The position numbers and the translations under genes were made by a program. From a bacterium (GTDB lineage: Bacteria; Krumholzibacteriota; Krumholzibacteriia; LZORAL124-64-63), in contig JAHJTW010000142.1 of NCBI GenBank assembly GCA_018829565.1, forward strand, positions 1 through 51,207: a stretch of 51,207 nt of DNA. Direction: 5' to 3'. Of the stretch, positions 25,810 through 35,638 are shown one piece after another (the first letter of the stretch is position 1; every line of letters begins with the position of its first letter). The notes below the pieces were generated by a model. It was not told the origin of the DNA, did not search any database, and worked only from the letters and a program-made list of their open reading frames with translations.

Positions 25810-27417
25810 TCACTTCAAGAGAGTCAGGGCCGCATTCGAAACGGCCTCCCCCGCCTCCAACCGCGCGAAGTACACGCCCCCCGGCACGCTGCGGCCGGCG
25901 TCGTCCCGCCCGTCCCAGGTCAGGGTCATGGTTCCCGCGGGAACCGCGGCGCCTTCGAGGAGCGAGCGGACCCGCCGCCCCCTCGCATCGAAGATCGCAA
26001 GGTCGACCGCCACCGCAGAGGAGACCTCGAACGACAGGACCGTCCGCGGATTGAACGGATTGGGCGCCGCCTGCAGCAGGCGGACGCCGGACACCGGCGA
26101 TGCGGGTCGGCCATCCTCGACCGCCGAGACCACACCCGCGGGCACGAACCTGAAGTCGCTGAAGACCACTTCCTGGTCGGCGGCCGGCGAACCCGCGATG
26201 CGCCACAGGTTCAGGTGCAGGCGCGGCTGTTCGGGCCGGGGGATGTGCGGCCCCGTGTAGGTCCAGGCGTGGACCATCGTCCCGGGCCCCTCGTCGCCCG
26301 GGCCTCCCCGCCACACCCGGTACTCCACCCGGTCGGCCAGCCAGCGCATGGCGTGGCTCACGATCTCCCCCTCGGCGAAGACCGGATCGAAACGGCTGAT
26401 GTTACCCGGCCAGTCGTAGGGCTGGGCCACGAACTGCGCGAGATCGTTCGCAGGATCCTGCCAGCGGCTGTACTCGATGTCGATCTCGTTGTAGGCGTTC
26501 CACCAGGTGTAGGCGTAGTCGTAGCAGGGGCCGTATTCCCACAGGAACAGGCCGAGCACCGCCTGGGGATCGAGGGTGTCCAGGCGTCCCACCGTCGTCA
26601 GGACGTAGTCCCCGTAGCCGAGGGCCTCCTCCAGGACCACTTCGGTGCTGGTCCAGGTGCCGCTGCGGAGGCTCAGGGTCAGGTGCAGGTCGCCCGCGCC
26701 GTCCACCCAGACGCATTCGGGCGAATCGGAGAAGACGTTGGGCCCCGGCCCGTAGTACCCCGGACCCTTGACGCGCCAGGTACGTCCGGCGAAATCCAGG
26801 GCGGTGCCCCCGGTGAAGTCGGTCCACTGGACGTCGTCCTGGGTCGGCGGGCTGGTGCTGGTGAAGGTGACCTGGTCGAAGATGACGTCGCTGGAGGGAT
26901 CAACGGGGCTCTGCAGCACGCCCAGCAGGAGCCGGGCCTTCACCGTACCTGCAGGCGCGGGGCTGCTCGTCACCGAGAAGTCGAGGTACTCGTCGGTCGG
27001 TGAGGCGGCCCCGGCCACCGAGAACGAATCGTAGGAGATCAGGCCGCCGGCCGCATCGCGCCACTCGACGTTGACCAGGGCCGCATTCTGGCCGACCAGG
27101 GGTCTTGAAGCCGGGTGCCGGACGTTCCCCGTGACGACCCAGCTCTCCCCGGGGACACAATCCTGGGCCTGCCAGTAGCCGGAGACGGCCCAGTCCCCCG
27201 TGTCCGGGCCGCTGACCCGGGCCGCCTGGTGACCGTGGCTCGCCATCATCGTGGCCCCGAACGCACCGAACTGCTCCCAGCCCCCGAACACCGACCCGCC
27301 GGTCCCACCGATCTCGAAGCTGGGATTGCTGAGGATGCACTGGCCGGCCGCCGGGCTTGCGGCAGCAAGCGCAAGACCCAGAGCAAGAGCCGCCCGGGAA
27401 ACAGGAAAGGAATTCAC
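25810..27417 (-). CDS. Secreted GH16-like glycoside hydrolase with N-terminal CBM-like domain and FlgD-Ig-type CTD
   Basis: GTG start with GGGAGG; signal peptide; LSNPSFE...FDQVTF module; catalytic NEIDIEYSRW (ExDxE); APNPFNP...WDGRD...GVYFARL CTD. Confidence 0.8.
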   Translation of the reverse strand: MNSFPVSRAALALGLALAAASPAAGQCILSNPSFEIGGTGGSVFGGWEQFGAFGATMMASHGHQAARVSGPDTGDWAVSGYWQAQDCVPGESWVVTGNVRHPASRPLVGQNAALVNVEWRDAAGGLISYDSFSVAGAASPTDEYLDFSVTSSPAPAGTVKARLLLGVLQSPVDPSSDVIFDQVTFTSTSPPTQDDVQWTDFTGGTALDFAGRTWRVKGPGYYGPGPNVFSDSPECVWVDGAGDLHLTLSLRSGTWTSTEVVLEEALGYGDYVLTTVGRLDTLDPQAVLGLFLWEYGPCYDYAYTWWNAYNEIDIEYSRWQDPANDLAQFVAQPYDWPGNISRFDPVFAEGEIVSHAMRWLADRVEYRVWRGGPGDEGPGTMVHAWTYTGPHIPRPEQPRLHLNLWRIAGSPAADQEVVFSDFRFVPAGVVSAVEDGRPASPVSGVRLLQAAPNPFNPRTVLSFEVSSAVAVDLAIFDARGRRVRSLLEGAAVPAGTMTLTWDGRDDAGRSVPGGVYFARLEAGEAVSNAALTLLK

Positions 27418-27437
27418 GGCAACCTCCCAAAGGAGGA

Positions 27438-30400
27438 TCAGACCCTGGTGAGGCGATCCTTCGGAACGGCGACCCACAGCGACCGGACGCGGCCCGTCCG
27501 GCCGAAGACCGCCGCGGTCGTGGCGGCGTCCAGCCGGTCGCCGGTGTTCACGCGCGTCGTGCCGTTCACGAATTCGGCGGTGATCACGGGGCCGTCCTCG
27601 GTGAGCTGGTAGACCACGGGCACCTGGCACAGGGTGAAAGCGAGGCTTCCCGGCTCCAGCAGCAGGGAGTTCTCCCGGCCGTCGACGTCGAAGTAGCGGA
27701 ACTCGCGGTCGGTCCCCAGGAACTCCTCCGGACCGAGCAGGCCGGGGCGGAAACAGGCGACCCCGTCCTCGATGCAGATGCCCAGCTCGCCCCGGCGGGT
27801 GAGGATCTCCTCCTTCACCTGGCCGGTCATGCCCGGCTGCTTGGCGCCGCCGCTCGCGGGCGTGTGCGAGTAGGGATCGGTGGGAAAAGCTCCGTACTCG
27901 GTGACCGACTTCTCGTAGCCGATGCCCGCACGGATGCGGAAGTACATGCGGGCCAGGTCATTCGTCACCCCGGGATCGGCATCCCCCGCGACGGCCCGTT
28001 GCCAGGTCTCCTGGACCGCCAGCAGCAGCTTGGCCACCATGTGCCAGTAGATGCAGCCCAGGCCCTCGTACCCGTACATGGCTCCCGACCGCCCGGTGTA
28101 GGCCCGGTGGCGGAACACCTCCTCGTAGAGATCGAGGACAGCCTGCCGGTCCCGGGAAACGGCGGTGCTCCACCGGGGGTCGGCCCCCAGCCCGTCCAGG
28201 GCAGCCTCGAGGTCCTTCGCGTTCCCGAGCGAGGCGTTGAACCGCAGGACCCCTTCGGCGTCGCGCACTAACAGCGAACGGTCCTCCTCGGCTAGCAGAT
28301 CGACCAGCAGAGCCACCCGCTCCGCCGATCCGGCCGGCACGGTATTCTTCTCGAGGAACCCGGGCAGCTCGCGCTCCGGGTAGAGGATGAAGCTGCGCTG
28401 ATCGGGCCGATACAGGCGGCTCGCGAACAGGCGCTCCAGGATGGCCAGGGATTCGCCCGGATCCAGGACGCCCGAGGTGAGGGCGGCCACCTGTCCCTCG
28501 AGCATCTCGTACAGATGCTGCACCTCCGCACCGTCGCCATCCGGATCCGCGTCGAGCAGGTTGTAGGTGTGGAAGAGTCCGTCTGGACGCCGGTTGGCGG
28601 CGATGCCGCGGTCGATCACCTCCAGGGCGGCGCGGCAGGCCGCAACCACGCGGCCGACGGGCAGCGCCGTCTTCCCGCTGAACCCGCCCGCGTAGACCTT
28701 GTCCCGGTAACGGGAGAACGTCTCGCCGAAAGCATCCAGCAGCTCCCGCCGCTGCTTCGAGGTCAAGGCGCCGGCGGCGGTCAGTTCCCGGGCCTCGTCG
28801 AGGGCCGCGGCGATCCCGTCGAACCAGGCGACGACCTCGGCGCTCACCGGAAGCCTCTCCTGCTTCCGTCCTTCGAGCAGGTCGGCCAGGAAGGCCAGGT
28901 ACCGGCGCAGGTGGCAGAGCGTGACCACCGAGACGCCGCCTCCGGCCAGGGCGTTGTTGGCGTCGTTCCATTCGGGCCGCTGGGTGTTCATCCAGATGCC
29001 CGCGTCGCAGACCAGGTTCGACAGCTTGGCCAGGGCGGGGACCAGCAGCTTCTCCAGCAGGTTGGCGTGGTAGACCTCGCCGTCGGGCCCGGCGACCAGC
29101 TTGCCGTCGGTGCCGTGTCCATCCACCCGGGCGGCGATGCGCGCGTCGAGTTCCGCGTCGAACACGATGGTCGAGCGGGGATCCCGCAGCAGGTCCGCGT
29201 AGGGCTTGATGCGGTAGGGAACGTCGGCGTAGCTGAAGATCTCGGCCTCCAGCATCCCGGCCAGGCCCTCCGGATCGTGGCGGTCCCAGGCTTCCAGCAG
29301 CTTCAACAGGTAGATGATCTGGTGATCGCCCCAGTAGCCGATGTTGCTCCAGGGATCGTCGGGCGAGACGGACTCCCAGTCCACTCCGTTGCGGTCGATA
29401 CGGTAGGGATTGAACCCGTCCCGCGTCGAGGCGTTGACGAACTTGGCCACGATGTTGGGCAGGAACCCGGGGAACGCGGTGCAGAGGGCTTCCCAGTTCT
29501 GGAAGATGTCCCGCCAGTTGCCCTCGTAGCTCAGGAGGCGTTCGCCTTCGCCGTTGCGCACGCGGATGGCGAATCGGTTCCAGGGCCGGCTCGGATCGCC
29601 GTGGCGCCGCCCGAAGTGGAGCGGCAGGTATTCCAGGCACAGGCGGATGAAGTCCGCGTCCCCCGTGGCCCGGGCACGGGCGATCAGGTCGTCCACGGTC
29701 ACCGGATCAGGCAGCGCCACGATCGCGGCGCGCCGGCGCTCGGCCACGGCGGAATTGCGGACCTGCAGGAAATCGGTGAAATCCCCCACCGGCACGTCGT
29801 AGTTGGCGGCGAAGACCCCGCCCCTCATGTTGTTGAACAGCACGTTGGCGAAGTGGTGGACCCAGACCGCCGGGGCACCGGTCACCTGGAGGCCGTCCGC
29901 GCTGGCCACGTAACGCCGCAGGTTCCGGTCCGCCTCCCTCAGGCCCGTGGTCAGGCGGCCCGGCAAATCCTCGTCAGCGATGAGGAGTTTCCGCAACTCG
30001 CCCAGCTGAGCATGATCCCGGCCGGTGTCGGCCGCCAGGTACCATTCCTCCGCTTCGAGGGCATCGAGATCCACCCCGAAGCTGATCAGATAGTTGCCCC
30101 GGGACCCGTTAAGAACCTCATCGGGTGCGATCACCTCGCCTCTGCGGAAGCCGGCCACCGCATCCAGGGACAGATGGATCCGGTAGCTTTCCAGACCGCA
30201 ACACCAGACGGTGTTGGCCCGCAGCACTTCCACCGCCTCGGCCCGGTCGGTGATCCCGGCGGTCAGGGAGAAGATCCCCATTCCGGTCTCGGGATCGACC
30301 TCGGATTTCTTGTAGGCGTCCACCAGGTTCGGCGCCTGCTGGTAGAGACCCAGCGGAGCCCCGAAGGGCAGGATGTTCCGCAGCCCGTCAAGGACCATCG

Positions 30401-30929
30401 CCCGGATGGGCGTGTCGTTCAGATTGGCGAGCGCCGCGGACCGCACCCAGCCGTAACGGTCGCAGGCGGCCCAGCCGTAGCGGAACGCCATGCCGTGCCC
30501 GTGGTGGATCTCCTCGAAGACGATCCGGTTCCCGGTGGCGGTCTTGTAGAGGTTGCGTTCGACAAGGGGAGATTCGGTGATCCCGGCGGTGAACGGTTCC
30601 CACAGCAGGGGCTCCAGGCCGGGATGTTCGATGCGGACCAGGGTGAGCGGACCGGTATGATGGTGCGCATCGTGGAGCTGGTCGACGGTCAGATAGGGGA
30701 ACAGGCTGCCTTCGGCGTCGACCCGTCCTGCGGTGAGGCCGCCGCCCGAGGCGATGAACATCCACAGATCGGTGTCGCTGGGGATGCTGGCCAGGAAGGG
30801 GGGCATCTCGGAAAAATTCGCGATCAGGTAGCATACTTCGCCGTCGAGGACCGTGAATCGCCCGCCGGGGCCGGTCGACCTGTTCCTGGTCGGGACCGTG
30901 CGCAGGTCCTGTTGGGGCCTACCCTTCAT
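27438..30929 (-). CDS. Probable GH149 beta-1,3-glucan phosphorylase
   Basis: ~1163 aa, no signal peptide; RRHGDPSRPWNRF, YEGNWRDIFQNWEAL, GYWGDHQIIY, NTQRPEWNDANNAL, YEGLGCIYWHMV, FPTDPYSHTP, QPGMTGQVKE blocks recalled from this family; GH16 and GH1 neighbours; GGAGG RBS. Confidence 0.75.
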   Translation of the reverse strand: MKGRPQQDLRTVPTRNRSTGPGGRFTVLDGEVCYLIANFSEMPPFLASIPSDTDLWMFIASGGGLTAGRVDAEGSLFPYLTVDQLHDAHHHTGPLTLVRIEHPGLEPLLWEPFTAGITESPLVERNLYKTATGNRIVFEEIHHGHGMAFRYGWAACDRYGWVRSAALANLNDTPIRAMVLDGLRNILPFGAPLGLYQQAPNLVDAYKKSEVDPETGMGIFSLTAGITDRAEAVEVLRANTVWCCGLESYRIHLSLDAVAGFRRGEVIAPDEVLNGSRGNYLISFGVDLDALEAEEWYLAADTGRDHAQLGELRKLLIADEDLPGRLTTGLREADRNLRRYVASADGLQVTGAPAVWVHHFANVLFNNMRGGVFAANYDVPVGDFTDFLQVRNSAVAERRRAAIVALPDPVTVDDLIARARATGDADFIRLCLEYLPLHFGRRHGDPSRPWNRFAIRVRNGEGERLLSYEGNWRDIFQNWEALCTAFPGFLPNIVAKFVNASTRDGFNPYRIDRNGVDWESVSPDDPWSNIGYWGDHQIIYLLKLLEAWDRHDPEGLAGMLEAEIFSYADVPYRIKPYADLLRDPRSTIVFDAELDARIAARVDGHGTDGKLVAGPDGEVYHANLLEKLLVPALAKLSNLVCDAGIWMNTQRPEWNDANNALAGGGVSVVTLCHLRRYLAFLADLLEGRKQERLPVSAEVVAWFDGIAAALDEARELTAAGALTSKQRRELLDAFGETFSRYRDKVYAGGFSGKTALPVGRVVAACRAALEVIDRGIAANRRPDGLFHTYNLLDADPDGDGAEVQHLYEMLEGQVAALTSGVLDPGESLAILERLFASRLYRPDQRSFILYPERELPGFLEKNTVPAGSAERVALLVDLLAEEDRSLLVRDAEGVLRFNASLGNAKDLEAALDGLGADPRWSTAVSRDRQAVLDLYEEVFRHRAYTGRSGAMYGYEGLGCIYWHMVAKLLLAVQETWQRAVAGDADPGVTNDLARMYFRIRAGIGYEKSVTEYGAFPTDPYSHTPASGGAKQPGMTGQVKEEILTRRGELGICIEDGVACFRPGLLGPEEFLGTDREFRYFDVDGRENSLLLEPGSLAFTLCQVPVVYQLTEDGPVITAEFVNGTTRVNTGDRLDAATTAAVFGRTGRVRSLWVAVPKDRLTRV

Positions 30930-31153
30930 GCGTGATCCTCCGCTCGGCGGCGATGGAGAATGGGAAGGACTTTCCCTCATCCCCAGCCGGGATGGACGAC
31001 CGGTTGGACTTCATGGGAAGCCCTCCCACAATGATCACACCAAAAAACAAATTTCAACCATCCTGTTTTGACTGATGGCCCAGGGCCAGCATTCCCGCCC
31101 GGGATCGAATTCTCCGGTTGCCGGGTTACCCAGCCATCGACGAGAATGCCCTC

Positions 31154-31202
31154 TTGACACTGTTGCAAGTATTATACACTATGTTCGGAGTCCGAACAAA
31201 GG
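31154..31202 (+). promoter_or_regulatory. Sigma70-type promoter of the GH1 gene with overlapping ROK-like operator (31178-31202)
   Basis: TTGACA at 31154-31159, CACTAT 17 nt later; ACTATGTTCGGAGTCCGAACAAAGG with perfect TGTTCGGA/TCCGAACA arms. Confidence 0.8.
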
Positions 31203-31224
31203 AAATTTCGGGGGTGGGTAACTC

Positions 31225-32601
31225 GTGGCGAAACATCACTTTCCCGGGGAATTCCTCTGGGGCACCGCGACCAGCGCCCAGCAGATCGAGGGTGGCCGGC
31301 ATGAGGGCGGGCGAGGCGAGTCCATCTGGGATCGCTTTGCAACCCTTCCGGGCAAGATAGCCGACGGCTCCCGCCCCGACATGACTTGCGACCACTTCAA
31401 CCGGTGGCAAGAAGATCTCGACCTGATGACCAGCCTGGGGATGGGGGCGTACCGATTCTCAATTTCCTGGCCCCGGATCCTTCCCGCCGGGCGCGGAAAG
31501 GTCAACCCAGCGGGGCTCGACTTCTATGACAAGCTTGTCGACGGTCTGCTGGAAGCCGGCATCCAGCCCTTCCCCACCCTGTACCACTGGGACCTTCCCC
31601 AGGTTTTGCAGGATGAAGGGGGCTGGGCGGAACGCGGCATCATCGACGCCTTCACCGAATACACCACCGCCGTCGCCAGGCGGCTTGGCGACCGGGTCAC
31701 CCGCTGGACCACCCACAACGAACCCTGGTGCATCGCCACCCTCGGACACGAGGAGGGGCACCACGCTCCCGGACACACCGACCCCGCCGAGAGCCTGCGC
31801 GTGGCCCACCACCTGCTCCTGTCCCACGGCTTGTCCACCGCCGTCATCCGCAACGAAGTTCCCTCAGCCGAGGTCGGGATCGTCCTGATCCATTGCCCGG
31901 CCATGCCTGCTTCCCCGACCGATGCGGACGTTGACGCCGCCCGCTGGTTCGACGGGTTCTTCAACCGCTGGTATCTGGACCCCCTCTTCAGAGGCCGCTA
32001 TCCCGAGGACGCAGTCTGGGACCGCGTGGAGCGCGGCCACCTGCTTGGCTCGGACCTGCCCTTCCTCCATGACGGCGATCTGGAGATCATCGCCGCCCCC
32101 CTGGACTTCCTGGGCCTGAACTACTACAGCCGGAACGTCATGCGGATGGGCCGGGAGGGCAGGCCGGAAGCCGTGGCCGTCGCACCTGTCGAGGAACGGA
32201 CCACCATGGGCTGGGAGGTCTATCCCCAGGGTCTCGAGGACAGCCTGTTGCGCGTTCATCGCGACTATGCTCCCGGCTCCATCTACGTCACCGAGAACGG
32301 GGCGGCCTACACGGACCCGGCGCCGGTCGCCGGCCGCATCGCCGATCCGCGGCGCATCGCCTACCTCCGCAGCCACCTGCTGGCGGTCCACCGGGCTATC
32401 GCCGCCGGCGTCCCGGTTCGCGGCTACTTCGCCTGGTCCTTGCTCGACAACTTCGAGTGGGGACATGGATTCGAGCAGACCTTCGGCCTGTGCGCCCTTG
32501 ATCCGGACACCCTGGACCGGATTCCCAAGGACAGCGCTTTCTGGTATCGCGATGCTGCGATGGCCAACGCCGTCGACGACGGCGAAGACCCCGCCCCTTG
32601 A
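31225..32601 (+). CDS. bglA: GH1 beta-glucosidase
   Basis: FLWGTATSAQQIEG, YRFSISWPRI, TLYHWDLP, HNEP acid/base, VTENG nucleophile, WSLLDNFEW. Confidence 0.95.
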   Translation: MAKHHFPGEFLWGTATSAQQIEGGRHEGGRGESIWDRFATLPGKIADGSRPDMTCDHFNRWQEDLDLMTSLGMGAYRFSISWPRILPAGRGKVNPAGLDFYDKLVDGLLEAGIQPFPTLYHWDLPQVLQDEGGWAERGIIDAFTEYTTAVARRLGDRVTRWTTHNEPWCIATLGHEEGHHAPGHTDPAESLRVAHHLLLSHGLSTAVIRNEVPSAEVGIVLIHCPAMPASPTDADVDAARWFDGFFNRWYLDPLFRGRYPEDAVWDRVERGHLLGSDLPFLHDGDLEIIAAPLDFLGLNYYSRNVMRMGREGRPEAVAVAPVEERTTMGWEVYPQGLEDSLLRVHRDYAPGSIYVTENGAAYTDPAPVAGRIADPRRIAYLRSHLLAVHRAIAAGVPVRGYFAWSLLDNFEWGHGFEQTFGLCALDPDTLDRIPKDSAFWYRDAAMANAVDDGEDPAP

Positions 32602-32638
32602 GGTTCGCTTTTCCCGCCCCGATGGTGTTGACGGACAA

Positions 32639-32662
32639 CGGCCCGGTCACAAGACCGGGCCG
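32639..32662. terminator. Hairpin between convergent genes
   Basis: CGGCCCGGTC-ACAA-GACCGGGCCG perfect 10-bp stem. Confidence 0.55.
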
Positions 32663-32704
32663 CTGGTCATCGGCGCCGCCCTCCGCATCGGACCATCATC
32701 CGGG

Positions 32705-33646
32705 CTAGCTGTCCCCCTTGTAGGTGCGCAGCGACGCGATGATCTTCAGGCCTTCATCTTTCGTCAGGAACTTGCCGTTCAGCGCGCAGCTCCATCCCTC
32801 CTGTTCCCAGAGGAAGCGGCCGATCTCCGTATCGGTCTTGGTGACGGCAATGCCGCCCAGGTTCCAGCGCGCGCCCTCGCTGTGCTTCAGCCAGGTCACG
32901 GTCCGGTCACCGGCCTCCAGCACCTCCAGCTCGGGCTGGACGTAGGTTGTTTCCTTCGACCCGTCCTCCGCAATCGTCGTGGCGCTCTCCATGTAGGAGA
33001 CCATTCCTCCATTGGCCACCGACGTCAACGTCAGCACGGTTTCCAGGTGTCCGACCCCGAAGTACAACATCGTCGAGCCGTTGGGCATGATGACCGCCTT
33101 CTGGAATCGCAGCCGGTCGGGCAGCAGGGGATGGAAGTAGGTGGGCACCAACAGCGGATGATCCACCATACCGGCGGCCAGGCTCAGGCTGCACACCTCC
33201 TTGATGAAGGGGTCGCCGCCCGGGGGCACCGTGCTGCCCCAGCCCCCGTAGGGCGTCGCCTGGAAGACGGATTGCCCCTTCTCCCGGGACACATCCGATG
33301 CCGCCAGGAGCGAGTCAAGCTGCGCGGAGCTGAACTGGCTCTCCGTGAAGATCCCCGTGTGCTCCCCGATGTGGAGGAGGCCCGGCAGCTTGGCCAGGGC
33401 GGCGCGGCCGTCCGGATGGGCCAGCACCAGCGCCAGCGCAGCCACGAAGATCCCCAGACCGAATGCAGGCATGGGCCTCTTGAACATCTCGAACCTCCCC
33501 CATTGCGGGCGGGATCGTCCCGCCCCCGGATCGTTGCGTGCGATGCGATCCAGCAGTTCCCGGCGAAGCGAATAGCGGATGGCGCTCCGGTCGCTGAAAT
33601 CGGCCGCGGCCAGGCGTTCCTCCAGTGATCTCTCGCGCTCGTTCAT
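32705..33646 (-). CDS. Putative membrane-anchored anti-sigma factor
   Basis: ATGA-coupled to the ECF sigma gene; short cytoplasmic N-terminus, one TM helix (AFGLGIFVAALALVLA), extracytoplasmic domain. Confidence 0.6.
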   Translation of the reverse strand: MNERERSLEERLAAADFSDRSAIRYSLRRELLDRIARNDPGAGRSRPQWGRFEMFKRPMPAFGLGIFVAALALVLAHPDGRAALAKLPGLLHIGEHTGIFTESQFSSAQLDSLLAASDVSREKGQSVFQATPYGGWGSTVPPGGDPFIKEVCSLSLAAGMVDHPLLVPTYFHPLLPDRLRFQKAVIMPNGSTMLYFGVGHLETVLTLTSVANGGMVSYMESATTIAEDGSKETTYVQPELEVLEAGDRTVTWLKHSEGARWNLGGIAVTKTDTEIGRFLWEQEGWSCALNGKFLTKDEGLKIIASLRTYKGDS

Positions 33647-34197
33647 CGTCCCGTCCTTTCGCCGTCCAGCAGGAGGCGCAGCCTGGCCACAGCCCGGTGC
33701 ACGATCACCCCCACGCTCGACTCGGTCCGGCCGGTCATCTCGGCGATGGTCCGATTCGTATGACCGGCTGCGAACTTCAATCCCAGCAGATCGCGGTCGC
33801 GGTCCGGAAGCCGGGCGATGGCAGCCAGCAGTCCATCCGACTCCTGGGTCCCGATCAGGATCGTCTCGGGATCCGGCACCGAACCCTGCTCCCCCTTCAG
33901 CCAGCCCAGCATCCGGTTGCGCCTGCCCCGGCGACGGTGGTGATCGGTGACGGTGCTGCGGGCGATGACCAGCAACCAGGTGCCGATCCCCGCCCGCCCC
34001 GGGTCGAAGGTGAACCGGCGATCGAGGGCCTTGTGGAAGGTGATGGAGGTCAGATCGTCGGCGGTCGCCGAATCCTGCACCCTGTAGCGGATGTAGTTGA
34101 AGATCCGGGAATAGTGCTCGTCGTACACACGGCCGAAGCTCTCGGGATCATCCGGGTCCCAATCCCCCGTCGGCACCACTCTCAGATCCGGTTCCAT
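33643..34197 (-). CDS. ECF sigma-70 family RNA polymerase sigma factor
   Basis: FGRVYDEHYSRIFNYI...ADDLTSITF...WLLVIARSTVTDH region 2; LPDRDR...IAEMTG...VHRAVARLR region 4; GGGGAG RBS. Confidence 0.9.
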   Translation of the reverse strand: MEPDLRVVPTGDWDPDDPESFGRVYDEHYSRIFNYIRYRVQDSATADDLTSITFHKALDRRFTFDPGRAGIGTWLLVIARSTVTDHHRRRGRRNRMLGWLKGEQGSVPDPETILIGTQESDGLLAAIARLPDRDRDLLGLKFAAGHTNRTIAEMTGRTESSVGVIVHRAVARLRLLLDGERTGR

Positions 34198-34289
34198 CCG
34201 CTGCTCCCCTGTCGACAACCCTCTGGAATGCTCTCGGCAATGGATACGCCCGGGCCGGAGATGTATTACAGGAATATCCCTTGCGGGGT

Positions 34290-35498
34290 TCAAGCGCTGG
34301 CGACATCGATGGCGAGCAGCGTGACGTCGTCCTGGGGTTGGCCGCGCGGACACCAGGCCTCGATCATCCCGATCATCGCCCCGAGGCTTTCGTCCCCCGG
34401 CAGGGAATGGAACCCGGCCAGGGCGTCCAGCAGGCGCCTTTCCCCCATCTCCTGGTCCCTGGCATCGATGGCCTCGAACGCCCCGTCGGAATAGAGCATC
34501 AGACGATCCCCGGGTTCGAGCTGCAGGGTGCATTCGCCGAATTCGAAATCGGGCAAGACCCCGATCGGCAAGCCCTTGGCCAGGGGGCAGAGACGGGCCC
34601 CCTCGCGATCGATGAGGACCGGAGGAGGATGCCCGGCGGTCACGTAGTGGAATCGGCGGCTGGAAAGTTCGAGGATACCGTAGATGAGCGTGAAGAAACG
34701 GCCCATCTGCGGTCCGGCCCGGAACTGCCGGTTCAGGGCTGCGGCGACCGCCGCCGGGCGGGAAGGAACGAATCCGGTCCGGCTGGCGGGCGACGGTTCG
34801 AACAGGCAGGACTGTTCGGGCGAGGGGGAGAGCATCCGGTTCAGGGAAGCGGACAGCAATGACGCGGGAACCCCGTGGCCGGTGACGTCCAGAATGTACA
34901 GGCCCATCCGGTCATCATCCAGGTGCAGGATGTTCAGACCGTCGCCCGCCAGTTCCGCGCAGGGGCGGAACCTGTAGGTGAATTCGTAACCGTCCACCCG
35001 GGGGAGGGATCCGGGCAGCCAGGACTGCTGGATCAGGGCCGCTTCCTGCAGATCCCGCAGCATCTGGGCGTTGGCCCGGCGCAGGCTCTCCTCGGCCATC
35101 CGCCGCGCCGTCACGTCCGACTGGATGCCGATGAAATGAGTCAATCCGCCACGTTCGTCCCGGACCGGAGTGATGGACAGGCGGTTCCAGAACGGGGACC
35201 CATCCTTGCGGTAGTTCAGGATCTCCACCGTGAGATCCCTGACCGCGACCAGGGCGTCGCGGATCTCCTGCACCGTGTGGGGATCGGTGTCTTCGCCCTG
35301 GAGGAACCTGCAATTGCGGCCCAGCGCCTCCGCGGCGTCGTAGCCGGTCAGCTGTTCGAACCCCTCGTTCACGTAGATCAAGGGGCGGCCGGGCAGGCGG
35401 GCGTCCGCGATGGTGACGCCCTCCGCCGCCACCGCCAGGGCCCTGTCCTGAAGGGCGAGCCATTCCTCGCGGGTGTACCGGGTGTTCTCGGCGCGCAT
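34290..35498 (-). CDS. LOV (PAS) domain / SpoIIE-PP2C serine phosphatase
   Basis: GRNCRFLQG with the photoactive Cys, NYRKDGSPFWN, FIGIQSDVT; PP2C motifs LAGDG, DVTGHG, AGHPPP, YSDG, DDVT. Confidence 0.9.
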   Translation of the reverse strand: MRAENTRYTREEWLALQDRALAVAAEGVTIADARLPGRPLIYVNEGFEQLTGYDAAEALGRNCRFLQGEDTDPHTVQEIRDALVAVRDLTVEILNYRKDGSPFWNRLSITPVRDERGGLTHFIGIQSDVTARRMAEESLRRANAQMLRDLQEAALIQQSWLPGSLPRVDGYEFTYRFRPCAELAGDGLNILHLDDDRMGLYILDVTGHGVPASLLSASLNRMLSPSPEQSCLFEPSPASRTGFVPSRPAAVAAALNRQFRAGPQMGRFFTLIYGILELSSRRFHYVTAGHPPPVLIDREGARLCPLAKGLPIGVLPDFEFGECTLQLEPGDRLMLYSDGAFEAIDARDQEMGERRLLDALAGFHSLPGDESLGAMIGMIEAWCPRGQPQDDVTLLAIDVASA

Positions 35499-35638
35499 GG
35501 TCGGCCTTTCAGCATCCAGGTCATGCAGGGACGATCGAGGTCGGATCCGGACGTCAGGCCGAAGCCTGGAGCCAAGATACCCACGGCGCCCTGCCGACAC
35601 AACTGGATCACCGCGACCGAGGGCCGACGGCACCCCCC

